Positions 50,396-60,097 of a stretch of 64,000 bases of DNA are shown here, piece after piece; positions within the stretch are counted from its first letter, which is position 1, and each line of letters starts with the position of its first letter. The notes beneath the pieces were generated by a model. The model was not told the DNA's origin, made no database searches, and saw only the letters and a list, made by a program, of their open reading frames with translations. The stretch lies in contig OZ244922.1 in NCBI GenBank assembly GCA_965221905.1, positions 1,408,001 through 1,472,000 of the forward strand, given 5' to 3'. The stretch is from Chloroflexota bacterium (GTDB taxonomy: Bacteria > Chloroflexota > UBA11872 > VXOZ01). The translations under genes were made by a program, and so were the position numbers.

Positions 50396-51481
50396 CTACT
50401 GAGGAGGATCTCCGGCCGGCGTGCTGCTTTCTTCGTGGACGTGAATGCGGATGCTACCCCCGCTACTGCTCAGTTGCAGGCTGGCTGTACCGGCTCCCAG
50501 GGCGCCGGTGTACTGGCCGGTACCGTATCGATTCCGTGCCTCTCCCGACGCCCCAGGAAGACTGGCGTCCACACCTCCACCGGTGGCAGCAGCCTCAATG
50601 GATACCGCGGAAGCAGCGTCGAGCACTAGCATTACGCCTCCTCCGGCGCTCTCAACATGATGGTTTCCTTCGTGGAGCAGGGCGTGGTTGATGTTTACGC
50701 TGCCACCGGCAGACTTAATGTCGAGCTTCCGCGCCTTGCCCAATAGCGAAACTGATCCACCGGCGGCATTTGCCTGGAGGGAAGGCACATTGCCTGAGAC
50801 GCCAATAGCGCCTCCGGCCGCACTCAGCTTTAATTCTCCGGTAACTTCCGTAAGTTGAATGGACCCGCTTGAGGTGGAAATGTCCAAAGGTGACGTGAGT
50901 CTATAGCCTGACATGCTGCTGCCGATGACTTGGCACGCCAAAGATCGGACGGGAGGCAGGCGCAGGGACACGTTCGGCACGCCGGCCCAGACGGCATTTG
51001 CATATACGGACAGAACATACGTATCGCCCAGCTTGAGCACTGACCACTCCCAATCGTGGCCTTCACGGTCGAAGCTAATGTGGGCGTCTCCCGGGGCCTC
51101 CTCGACAGTAAGAGCGCTGCCTTCGATATCAACTTCCACGCGGGCATCCGGCGGAATGGCAAAGGATTGCTCCTGTAGTTCCACGGGCGTGTAGCCTTGC
51201 TCTTCGCGTTGCCGCATCCGCTTGAGGCCGCGCAGGGGCATGCGAATGCTGCCTCGCGGCAAGTCGGTTACTGCGCGCGAGATACGGTCCTCTACCTTGG
51301 AAAGTGTTTCACCAAGAGACCTTTCCACTTCCTCCCACCAGTTATTTTCCAAGACCGAAGAGACTCTGCGATCCGCTTTCTCACTACCGTTCCGCACTGC
51401 ACCGAGTAGGCGTTCGGCATCATCCACGGTGATTTTGCCCTCGCGCAGCATTTCAAGTACGATGCGTTCTTCTGCGCCCAT
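50396..51481 (-). CDS. DUF4097 beta-strand repeat protein with N-terminal SHOCT-like domain
   Basis: EERIVLEMLREGKITVDDAERLL; repeated SAAGG/TSSG beta units. Confidence 0.8.
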   Translation of the reverse strand: MGAEERIVLEMLREGKITVDDAERLLGAVRNGSEKADRRVSSVLENNWWEEVERSLGETLSKVEDRISRAVTDLPRGSIRMPLRGLKRMRQREEQGYTPVELQEQSFAIPPDARVEVDIEGSALTVEEAPGDAHISFDREGHDWEWSVLKLGDTYVLSVYANAVWAGVPNVSLRLPPVRSLACQVIGSSMSGYRLTSPLDISTSSGSIQLTEVTGELKLSAAGGAIGVSGNVPSLQANAAGGSVSLLGKARKLDIKSAGGSVNINHALLHEGNHHVESAGGGVMLVLDAASAVSIEAAATGGGVDASLPGASGEARNRYGTGQYTGALGAGTASLQLSSSGGSIRIHVHEESSTPAGDPPQ

Positions 51482-51485
51482 TTTG

Positions 51486-51887
51486 CTACTCCCTATTTGC
51501 CAGGCGGCGTAAGGCCTCTTCAACACTCAGCGCACCGCTTTCCACTTCCTGAAGCGTGCTTACGCGCTCGGCCTGTAGGGCAACTTCATTCGATGCCGGT
51601 TTGTGACCAAGTTGGCTGATGACTTCCTCCAAGCGCGCGCGCACAGTGGGATACGAGACGCCCAATTCCTTTTGCACCTCGCTCATGTTGCCGCGGGCGA
51701 TAAGAAAAATCTCGACAAAGCGCTGCTGATCCGAAGAGAGACGGTTGAAGGGATTGAGGTGAAACTCCCCCTCCAATGCAACACTGCACGATGAACATCG
51801 CAAGCGCTGTACGGTGAGCTCGCTCGAGCAAACGGGGCAGCGCCCGAGCACTTCAGGTGTCTGGGAACTACCCAAGATGTTCCGCAT
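51486..51887 (-). CDS. DUF2089 family zinc ribbon-HTH protein
   Basis: CPVC...CSSC, GNMSEVQKELGVSYPTVRARL. Confidence 0.88.
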   Translation of the reverse strand: MRNILGSSQTPEVLGRCPVCSSELTVQRLRCSSCSVALEGEFHLNPFNRLSSDQQRFVEIFLIARGNMSEVQKELGVSYPTVRARLEEVISQLGHKPASNEVALQAERVSTLQEVESGALSVEEALRRLANRE

Positions 51888-51938
51888 GGTATGCCTCCCC
51901 AACAAATAGTTAAAGTATTCTAATCTGTATCTTTAGAA

Positions 51939-51967
51939 AAGATATCAGAATATGCAGAAGTTGTCAA
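51939..51967 (-). promoter_or_regulatory. Sigma-70-type promoter for DUF2089/DUF4097
   Basis: TTGACA, 17 nt spacer, TATCTT with extended TG. Confidence 0.6.
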
Positions 51968-52274
51968 CAGAGAGAGGGAAATGTTTGAAAACCGTATAAT
52001 ACGGTTGTGTTTGCACATCTGGGCCAAGGAAGCATGAGGCTGCGCGCGCCTGGGGAGACGCCGGCATTCCTGGTGACCGGGGGAATGGCCTTTCCAGGGT
52101 CTCGACTCTCTAGGAGAATCGGGTATCTGGATGTTCAACCATCCTTGATCTGCGGACAAGCCAGACTCCGCGGATTGCCATAAGAAGGCTTCCCAAAGCC
52201 AAGCGCATGCAAGAAGTGCATGCGGGGCAGACTAAAGCAAGGGGAAACAGCTAGAAAAGGGAGCAGCCGAATTC

Positions 52275-53273
52275 CTAGCCGCCAATCTGGGACATCGTGC
52301 GGTTAGCACGCTGGAAGAATTCACCCTCATTGATGCGGTGCTTGAGTTCCTTCTGCCAGATAGCGGCGCGAATGATATGCTCAAGCTCGTCGTCACTCGC
52401 TCCTTCGCGTAGAGGCAGGCGCAGGTCGGTTTCCCGCACTGAGAAGAGGCATGTGCGGAGCATGCCCTCCGCCGTGAGGCGAATGCGGTTGCACGTTGCG
52501 CAGAATGGCTCACTAACGGGATTAATGAAGCCTACTTCACCGTTACCGTCGGCAAACCGATAGACGCGCGAGGTTGATGAGGGGTCGGTTGGAATTGGCT
52601 CCAGCGGCACTGGCATTGCATCGTTGATGATGTCCAATATCTCGCGACCGCTCAGCACCTTCTCTTCGCGCCAAATGCCGTCAGCGTCCAGCGGCATAAA
52701 CTCGATGAAACGTACTACATAGGGCTTACGCCGCGCGAGTTCGGCGAATCCAACAACCTCGCGTTCCGTGAACCCGCGTATACCTACACAATTCAGCTTG
52801 ATTGGGCTAATGGAAGGGAACTTTTCGAGCTCCTCAAGGCCTTCCATTACCGCGTTGAACGAATTCCGCCGCGTAATGTAGGCAAACTGCTCCGGCACGA
52901 GGCTATCCAGACTAACGTTGATGCGTGTAAGACCGGCTTCGGCAAGCGGCCCTGCTAGTGCTTTGAGACGGAAGCCGTTAGTAGTTATCGAAAGGCTCTC
53001 CAAGTCGTCAATCAAGCGTAGGCGGCTAATGAGATGAGGGAGGTCCTTGCGGACAGTTGGTTCGCCGCCGGTGATGCGGAGGTCCCGAATCCCCAGCCGG
53101 ACGAAAAGCCTGGCAAGCCGCTCGATCTCTTCGTACGACAGTATCTCTTCGCGCGGTACCCACTGCATCATCTCTTCAGGCATGCAGTAACGACAACGAA
53201 AGTTGCAGCGGTCTGTTATCGAGATGCGCAGGTTTTCGATTTGCCGACCGAAACTATCTATCAACGGCTGCAT
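52275..53273 (-). CDS. moaA: GTP 3',8-cyclase
   Basis: LRISITDRCNFRCRYCMP, TGGEP, FCATCNRIRLT...C, C-terminal IGG; start MQPLIDSFGR. Confidence 0.96.
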   Translation of the reverse strand: MQPLIDSFGRQIENLRISITDRCNFRCRYCMPEEMMQWVPREEILSYEEIERLARLFVRLGIRDLRITGGEPTVRKDLPHLISRLRLIDDLESLSITTNGFRLKALAGPLAEAGLTRINVSLDSLVPEQFAYITRRNSFNAVMEGLEELEKFPSISPIKLNCVGIRGFTEREVVGFAELARRKPYVVRFIEFMPLDADGIWREEKVLSGREILDIINDAMPVPLEPIPTDPSSTSRVYRFADGNGEVGFINPVSEPFCATCNRIRLTAEGMLRTCLFSVRETDLRLPLREGASDDELEHIIRAAIWQKELKHRINEGEFFQRANRTMSQIGG

Positions 53274-53471
53274 CCGGCTGTCTCCAACATCGCAACTATG
53301 GATTTTGCGGACGTTTGCTCTTTGTACTATCAAGGTGGCAGGGAGTGTATCTTGCCTGTCCTCACAGCGAAGCGATTTGCGCTCCTGATAGACCTCCACT
53401 TCACACTCGACACCTTTTGGCACGAGTGTCACATTACGCCTTTAAGTCCCATTATAGCGTAGCAACGGCCC

Positions 53472-54878
53472 TCATGTTGAGAGACTTGCCAGAATATGTC
53501 TAACGGCTTGATCTTGTGCCGGCAAGACAGTGCGCGGATCAAGTACCACGGCCTCATCTTCGATGCGTACCACAAGCGGCGGACTGCCGGAGCGAAACTG
53601 CTTTGCCAACCAATCGGAAGAACGCGTAGGCGACGAGAGACGCAGAACCCACGTTGGCAGTGTTTCGCCGGGAAGAGCACCGCCGCCAATTGCGGACTCG
53701 CCGGAAACTACGGTAGTCGAAAGCAATTGGCCGTGTGCAGACGCAATCGTGCGCTGCCAGGCGCGCGCGCGCCGCTTCAGCCGCTCCGGTGGCGCGGAGA
53801 TCATCTGCCAGACCGGAATGTGCGTTTGTGCTTCATGCCTGTGGTAATGGGCCAGTGTGGCCTCCAGGCCGGCAATGGTTGTCTTGTCGAGTCGAAGGGC
53901 GCGAGCCAGCGGATGCCGCTTCATTCTAGCTATGAGGTCGCTCTTGCCGACTATTAGTCCGGCTTGTGGCCCGCCAAGGAGCTTGTCGCCGGAGAAAGTC
54001 ACAACGGCACAGCCCGCGGCAATCGTCTCTTGCACCGTTGGCTCCCTGTGAAGACCGAAGGCTGCTGTATCGAGCAATGAACCGCTGCCTAGGTCGTAGA
54101 TCACGGGAATGTCGTGTTGCCGGGCCTTTTCCACCAAAGCGTCCAGCGCCGGCTCATGGGTAAAGCCCACAACGCGAAAGTTACTTGAATGGACACGGAG
54201 GATGGCGGCCGTTGCCGGCGTGATCGCGCGAATAAAGTCTTCCGCGTAGGTGCGATTGGTTGTCCCAACTTCCACAAGCCGGGCGCCACTCTGCGCGAGG
54301 ACATCGGGAATTCGAAAGCCACCGCCAATCTCAACCGCCTCGCCGCGAGAGACAATAACCTCTCTTTCTGAAGCCAGGGTGCTAAGCGCGAGAAGGATTG
54401 CGGCAGCATTGTTGTTGACGGCCAGCGCGTCCTCTGCGCCGCTAAGGGCAGTCAGCGTGTTTGCGAGATGCGTATAGCGGGACCCGCGCGTACCGGCAGC
54501 TAGGTCGAACTCAAGGTTGCTGTAACCGTCGCTCACCGCCAGCATGGCCTCGATAGCGGCCTGGCTCAATGGTGCGCGCCCCAAATTGGTGTGTAGTATG
54601 ACACCGGTTGCGTTTATTGTCGGTCGCAGGGAGGGAAGAAATCGCTGTACGGCAGCGCGTTGTAGGCTCTGCGCCAGCACGTCGAGCGAGGGCGCGGCAT
54701 CGCCGTTGATGATAGCGGCCCGTGCCGTTGCCAGCACGTCTCGCGCAAGCTCCACCTGTAGGTGATGTGGGATTTCGAGCTTCAGGGACTGAACGGCGGG
54801 AGCAAGGAGCAGACGGTCTACACCCGGTAGCTCGCGCAGGCTTTCCCTATGCCCCGTACTTGGCGAGTTTTTGCGCAT
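53472..54878 (-). CDS. selA: L-seryl-tRNA(Sec) selenium transferase
   Basis: INATGVILHTNLGRA, VSRGE.VEIGGGFRIPD, EVGTTNRT, FSGDKLLGGPQAG; start uncertain. Confidence 0.95.
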   Translation of the reverse strand: MRKNSPSTGHRESLRELPGVDRLLLAPAVQSLKLEIPHHLQVELARDVLATARAAIINGDAAPSLDVLAQSLQRAAVQRFLPSLRPTINATGVILHTNLGRAPLSQAAIEAMLAVSDGYSNLEFDLAAGTRGSRYTHLANTLTALSGAEDALAVNNNAAAILLALSTLASEREVIVSRGEAVEIGGGFRIPDVLAQSGARLVEVGTTNRTYAEDFIRAITPATAAILRVHSSNFRVVGFTHEPALDALVEKARQHDIPVIYDLGSGSLLDTAAFGLHREPTVQETIAAGCAVVTFSGDKLLGGPQAGLIVGKSDLIARMKRHPLARALRLDKTTIAGLEATLAHYHRHEAQTHIPVWQMISAPPERLKRRARAWQRTIASAHGQLLSTTVVSGESAIGGGALPGETLPTWVLRLSSPTRSSDWLAKQFRSGSPPLVVRIEDEAVVLDPRTVLPAQDQAVRHILASLST

Positions 54879-56052
54879 GGCCCATCGCAAGCAGCATCGC
54901 ATCTTGCGCCGGGAAGCGGCCGAGGCTACCCCGCACAAGAGCGCGTTCTGTGAACTCGGAGATATCGTCGCTGATGCACGTGTTGCTGTAGAGGGCGAAT
55001 GGCACCGGATGCCAGGAATGGCCGCTCAGGGCCGATGGTGAGGAATGGTCCCCGGTAATCACAAAGACGTCCGGCTGGAAGCGCAGCAAGGCGGGAATCA
55101 GGCTATCTATCTCTTCCAGCACCTGAACCTTCTTGTTAAAGTCACCATCTTCGCCTGCGGTATCCGTGGCCTTGACATGGAAGTAAAAGAAGTCGTGCTC
55201 ATCCCAATACTGCTGCAGCGTCTCGAATTCATCCCAGATCGTATCTCCGGTTTCCAGCACCTCCATGCCAAGAAGCGTAGCGAGACCACGGTACATGGGG
55301 TATGTGGCGATAGCAGCCGGGGAGAGCTTGTAGATCTGTGGCATCGTTGGAATTGCCGGCAAGCCAGCGGCACCGCGCAGCAAGAGCGCGTTGGCGGGCT
55401 CCTGCCCCTGCAATACCATGGCGGCCTCGGCGAGAAAGCCATTGACGATCTGTGCCATTGGGGCTGCGTCTTCGTTCGTCGGCTCAGCGGGCAAAGGGGG
55501 CACGCCAGTGCGCTGCGGATCGGTGTCGGTCAGGTAATCCGAGAGTCCTTCGCCGCGGAACACCACCAATGCACGGTGCCCGGACTCGGTCTCGACGAAA
55601 ACCTCGACTTCGGGGAGATGTATATGCCGCAGCAGGGCGCAGAGTTCACGGTTCAGTTCGGTGGCGAGCCGTCCGGCGCGACGGTCGGTGATGTTGCCGC
55701 TCGCATCAACAGTGGCAAAGTTTGCTCGAAAGCAGATGTCATTTGGGCCGATTGGGAAATCAATGCCGAGCGCGGAGAGCACGCCCCTGCCAATGTCGTG
55801 CCTGATCGGATTGTAGCCAAAGAGAGCTAGGTGCGAAGGTCCGCTGCCGGGCGTTATCCCCGGCGCAATCGGGTCGATGACCCCGCAAATGGAGAGTCTT
55901 GCAAAGCGGTCGAGGTTGGGAATGCGCGCAACCTCTAGCTCAGACTTGCCGACCTCTGGGTGCGGCATACCGCCCAGCCCGTCCAGTACGAGAAAGAGGA
56001 TCTTGGACGGTGTTTGCTCTGAAAGATCCTGAATGAGTGCTAGCGGTACCAC
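54847..56052 (-). CDS. apgM: 2,3-bisphosphoglycerate-independent phosphoglycerate mutase (ApgM type)
   Basis: LDGLGG, PGSGPSHLALFGY, DRRAGR, TDTDP, TGDHSSP, HSWHPVP. Confidence 0.92.
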   Translation of the reverse strand: MVPLALIQDLSEQTPSKILFLVLDGLGGMPHPEVGKSELEVARIPNLDRFARLSICGVIDPIAPGITPGSGPSHLALFGYNPIRHDIGRGVLSALGIDFPIGPNDICFRANFATVDASGNITDRRAGRLATELNRELCALLRHIHLPEVEVFVETESGHRALVVFRGEGLSDYLTDTDPQRTGVPPLPAEPTNEDAAPMAQIVNGFLAEAAMVLQGQEPANALLLRGAAGLPAIPTMPQIYKLSPAAIATYPMYRGLATLLGMEVLETGDTIWDEFETLQQYWDEHDFFYFHVKATDTAGEDGDFNKKVQVLEEIDSLIPALLRFQPDVFVITGDHSSPSALSGHSWHPVPFALYSNTCISDDISEFTERALVRGSLGRFPAQDAMLLAMGHAQKLAKYGA

Positions 56053-56352
56053 CGGGTTTTCCTATCAACCAGTTTGCGACACTTCAACGGCCATGCTATC
56101 AGGTAGCGGCACCGCTGTCTATTGAGGGGATCACGCGCCGCACAGGCATGGTGACAGGGCGCGTCGCTAGCAAACGCGCTATTGCATCGTGCTCTGCGAG
56201 GGGAACCTAGGCGATAAGCATGCTGGAGCTATACGGTAGCGCCTAGTAGGCAAGCCGGCTCTCCGTTCGCTTCGGGCACAAAGCATTGATCTAGAAACGA
56301 GGTATTCCTAGTAGACACCCGACGTGATAGATACCACACGTGGCGCGAAGAA

Positions 56353-56377
56353 GCGGGGGACAAGCCCCCGCGCTACG
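56353..56377. repeat. GTAG-foot REP-like palindrome
   Basis: Identical 25-mer to 23018-23042. Confidence 0.8.
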
Positions 56378-56471
56378 CACTAGCGGTCTCTCCGAGCAAA
56401 TAGGGAAATCAACCCCCTGTCTCGTCTTTCCGATCCCTACTTGAGGTTACGTGCGACGGGGATGTGCAGCG

Positions 56472-56942
56472 TTAGGAACACTGCTGCAAGGCAGCGAAGT
56501 AATCATCCTCATCGCGCGGATTGAGCGGCTCGTTGACGATCTTGCCTTGGATCACCCCGTTCTTATCGATGATGAACGTGCCGCGTGTGGCAAAGCCCAA
56601 CTCATCCAGAAAGACCCCGTACTGACGGCAAACGGCACCGTGCGGCCAGAAGTCGGCAAGGAACGTGGCTGGAAAGCTGTTGTATTCCCTGAACTGCTTG
56701 AGCGTCCACTTGGTATCGGTGCAGACGCCAATGACCGCGGCGTCGCCGGCGTCGTAGCGGTCCGCATTTGCGGCCATGCCACGGAATTCGCCGTCACAGA
56801 TTCCGCTGAACGCGCCCACGTAGAAGACGAGCACGACATTCTGCTTGCCGCGATAATCGGAGAGTGAGACTTCCTCGCCGTCTTGGTTTACGAGCGTGAA
56901 ATCCGGCGCAACTTGGCCGACTTCGGTTCCTTCTGTTGCCAT
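56472..56942 (-). CDS. Peroxiredoxin (AhpE-like)
   Basis: [38 protein letters not shown]; start MATEG after GGAGG. Confidence 0.85.
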   Translation of the reverse strand: MATEGTEVGQVAPDFTLVNQDGEEVSLSDYRGKQNVVLVFYVGAFSGICDGEFRGMAANADRYDAGDAAVIGVCTDTKWTLKQFREYNSFPATFLADFWPHGAVCRQYGVFLDELGFATRGTFIIDKNGVIQGKIVNEPLNPRDEDDYFAALQQCS

Positions 56943-57203
56943 GGATAAATCCTCCGTGAAGTGTGAGCATGAAGCGCTGCTTTGCATTCAATCTTAGAAC
57001 GAAAGGCGATGCGGTGACAACTGCGAAAATTGTGCAATTGAACGGCAAATCCTATTCCAGATATTCGTCAGTAATATGCCTTTCGACAACCTGTGTCTAG
57101 ATACATGCAAATGAGCAGAGCCACCGCTATCTATAGACTCCGGCTTGCAAAGGATTAAGGAGGAACGAATTCTGCCGAATAAAGTCACTAAGTAGGGGAA
57201 TGG

Positions 57204-59432
57204 TTAGCCAACAAAGTCTACAAAGACCGGACTGGACCACGCCATTTCCATATCGGACTGTATCACCCGCACCCAATAGGGATTCACGCCCGGCTGCGGT
57301 GAAGGATCGGTAAACGTGAACGCGGCGCTCTCCGGGGCGTCCTGGGGTGCGAGCGAGATCGTTACCCTGCGGCCAAGTGCCCCGATGGCGTATTCCATGG
57401 GTCCCGCCTCCAGCTCGCGCAGCGGGACGCCAAAGGCGAGAGACTCGGCGGGAGCGTACGCAAGCAGTTGCGGTCCTGCCGCGCCATACTCGCCGAATCC
57501 CGGCCGGCTAATGAGCGCAGTGCTGGCGGCCAGATTGAGCACGGTATCTGCGCTGCGTTCTAGCTTAAGAATGATTCCGCTGCGGTAGCCGCAGGCTACT
57601 GAGTGCCACTTCAGACTGCGGTCAGTAATGTCCGAGAGAAAGGAGCGCGGACTATCGAAGCGGATCGTGTTTGCCATGGTCAGCGTTGCGTTTGTAAGCG
57701 TTGCTGTACCGTCCCAGACCACGCCGGAGTAGCTGGACTTACGGCTTGCCCCATGCCAGAGGATGCGCACCCGTTCCGGGTCTGGTGTAGCCTCAATGGG
57801 ATGGGAGTAGATTCTCTCCAAGCCGCGATAAAGTTCCACGCTTTCCAGCGGAGCGGCGCCGGTAATGGAGACGGCAATGGTTGGCGATGTGGACGTGCTA
57901 TACGCTGCACCCATCGCATGGCCGTCCGCGTCCACACGCACGACGATGCGTGCCCCGGTCGTCGCGTAACACCTTCGTGCCTTCAGCGCCGTAAAGAAGG
58001 CCTCCAGCGTGAGATCGGAGGCGTAGATACCGGTGAGCCCGGCCTGCGCGTAGCGTCTGGGCTGGTAGCCGGGCGTATCCGAGCCCGGCCTCCCCGTATG
58101 GCTATCGCTGCCACCGACAAATCCCACCGTGTACCGGTGCTGCAATGCTTCCTCGAGAAACCATTCAAAGGAGCCGTGGGTCGAGGTAATCTCGATGGCA
58201 GGCTCAATGGATGGTTCATGATAGGTTAAGTCCGCATGCGCGCCGCCGACGTGGGGTGTAATGAGCACGTCGCTATGACGGTAGGCTGCGTAGAGATCAC
58301 GAACGTGAGTAAGATCGGTATCGACGTCGGATTTATCGACAACCTGTGCGTGGCTGTTGCGCCGGATTGGTTGATTATGGCGACGGAAGTATACGTTGTG
58401 ATGCCCGCCGCGTGCTGTTTCGGGCGACCACTCGAATCCCGGTAGCGGGACGAAGCGACCGGGGTCCGAAAAGGCTGCCTCGGCCTCCTGCTGCAGTCGC
58501 CAGTCTTCCGCTGAGACCATGTGGTCGTTGCGTTGATAGCCGACAAAGTCCAGGGCGGCAACGTCCCGCGCAAATTGGAAGAAATCGGGTATTTTCGCTG
58601 CCAAAGCGACTTGCCCACCATGGGGGTCGGCCCAGTAGAGGTTGTGCTCCGGCCGGTGCTCTGTACTGAGAATTGGATTGCTGCGCGCAACGAAGCCGCG
58701 CTGCCTGTCCTTTACATAAATCCTGTGTGTGCCGGCGTTGGACGCGATGCAGCCTTCGATTACCCGGACACCGTGATCGCCAGCCTGAAACAGCAGGTGC
58801 TGATTCGTTACCGGAAAGTGGATGCCCTCTGCGCTCACGTCTAGGGTGGCTGCGTAAGCGTGGGCGGGATTACCCCACCTGTCTTCGGCACGAACCAGCA
58901 AGCGAAACGGTTCGCCTGCGACGACCGTTGACGGCGCGACGGCTACGAGCTTCACGGCTTCACCGCCCACTATGGTCAAGTACGGCGAGTTAGCGAGCGT
59001 GGTAAAGGAACCATCTCCGGTGGCATCAACGGCCACCCAGAAGTAGCGCTTGGTCTCCAGGAAGGTCTGAGCGCGCGACCCCGGTCCACCGCCGCTGCGA
59101 TTACCGTAGGTCACTGTGACCGTTTCTCCTTGCCGCAAGCAGCGGCCGCGCACGCGAAGACGTACCGACTTTATTTCCTCAACTAAGATATCGAGGAGCG
59201 CTCCGGGCGGGCCGTCCACGGTCATAAATTCGGCCAGGGAAGGGTCCGCCAACTGCGGTACGGCCCAATCGGTGTCCGATTCCGTGTATATCCTGATAGC
59301 GCCACCCGCGGCGATGCCGCTGGCGCCGACCGTATAGGAGAGCTGCCACGTGCCAAAAGCGCCTGCAATTGCGCAGCCGGCCGGTTCTAACGCTGCGGTT
59401 CCATACTGCTCTTGCGGTTCATCATGTGACAT
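57204..59432 (-). CDS. DUF3604-like (PHP-fold metallohydrolase-like) protein
   Basis: YWADPHG, PGFEWS, GGHHNVY, PHVGG, GGSDSH, YATTG, AWSSPVF; start MSHDEP after AGGAG. Confidence 0.7.
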   Translation of the reverse strand: MSHDEPQEQYGTAALEPAGCAIAGAFGTWQLSYTVGASGIAAGGAIRIYTESDTDWAVPQLADPSLAEFMTVDGPPGALLDILVEEIKSVRLRVRGRCLRQGETVTVTYGNRSGGGPGSRAQTFLETKRYFWVAVDATGDGSFTTLANSPYLTIVGGEAVKLVAVAPSTVVAGEPFRLLVRAEDRWGNPAHAYAATLDVSAEGIHFPVTNQHLLFQAGDHGVRVIEGCIASNAGTHRIYVKDRQRGFVARSNPILSTEHRPEHNLYWADPHGGQVALAAKIPDFFQFARDVAALDFVGYQRNDHMVSAEDWRLQQEAEAAFSDPGRFVPLPGFEWSPETARGGHHNVYFRRHNQPIRRNSHAQVVDKSDVDTDLTHVRDLYAAYRHSDVLITPHVGGAHADLTYHEPSIEPAIEITSTHGSFEWFLEEALQHRYTVGFVGGSDSHTGRPGSDTPGYQPRRYAQAGLTGIYASDLTLEAFFTALKARRCYATTGARIVVRVDADGHAMGAAYSTSTSPTIAVSITGAAPLESVELYRGLERIYSHPIEATPDPERVRILWHGASRKSSYSGVVWDGTATLTNATLTMANTIRFDSPRSFLSDITDRSLKWHSVACGYRSGIILKLERSADTVLNLAASTALISRPGFGEYGAAGPQLLAYAPAESLAFGVPLRELEAGPMEYAIGALGRRVTISLAPQDAPESAAFTFTDPSPQPGVNPYWVRVIQSDMEMAWSSPVFVDFVG

Positions 59433-60097
59433 GGCTGTCAGCTTACTCCTGTCATAGCGCGGGGCTTGGAAGGGGGTGAATTCCCCCCGCGAATAGTGCT
59501 CAGAGGTGACTGCGGCGTAATAATTGTCGCTCGTAGTGTACAACGAAATGGTCAACTGTGTCAGACGAACTCCAGGTCTCCAAGCATGCATGAAGAGGCC
59601 CAGCATTCGTGCGGTGTCCTTTCGAATGACAATGAGGCGATGGGCCTGTTGTTTGGGCTAGGGTTGAGTGAGCAAGTGAGGCGATGGGACGCTCAACCGA
59701 CGGCGGCTGCCACTGCTTGGGTCTTGCTAAGTTAAGAAAAGCATGCTCGATCAAGCGAAGATACGGCCTGGTGACGATGCGTGATAGCCTTGTTCATTGA
59801 AATAGAACCCTTTCCTCGAAGTTAACGGATGGCGAGCGCAGACTTGTAACCTGGGCTACTGCAGATGGATGGGCATACCGGATACTCTACCTAGCATAGG
59901 GAAAGAGAAAATTGCGCCATGGGCCGTTGCGATCGGATGATGATCGATGAACGTCAACATTTCTCCGCCTATTGGCGCCGTGAAAGACAGCCGCGTAGAG
60001 GCACGTAATTTGAAGAATCGATGGGTGTTGGCTAGACTGAGAATTAGGAAAGAAAAAGATTGAATAAACGTGTTTGCGAGGCTAGTGCTAGCGTCGC

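Noticed and set aside
53274-53471. Moco riboswitch or tRNA-Sec between selA and moaA
   Set aside because: No recognisable consensus, UCA anticodon arm or T-loop.
56770-56830. Selenocysteine in the peroxiredoxin active site
   Set aside because: Codon is TGT (Cys), not TGA.
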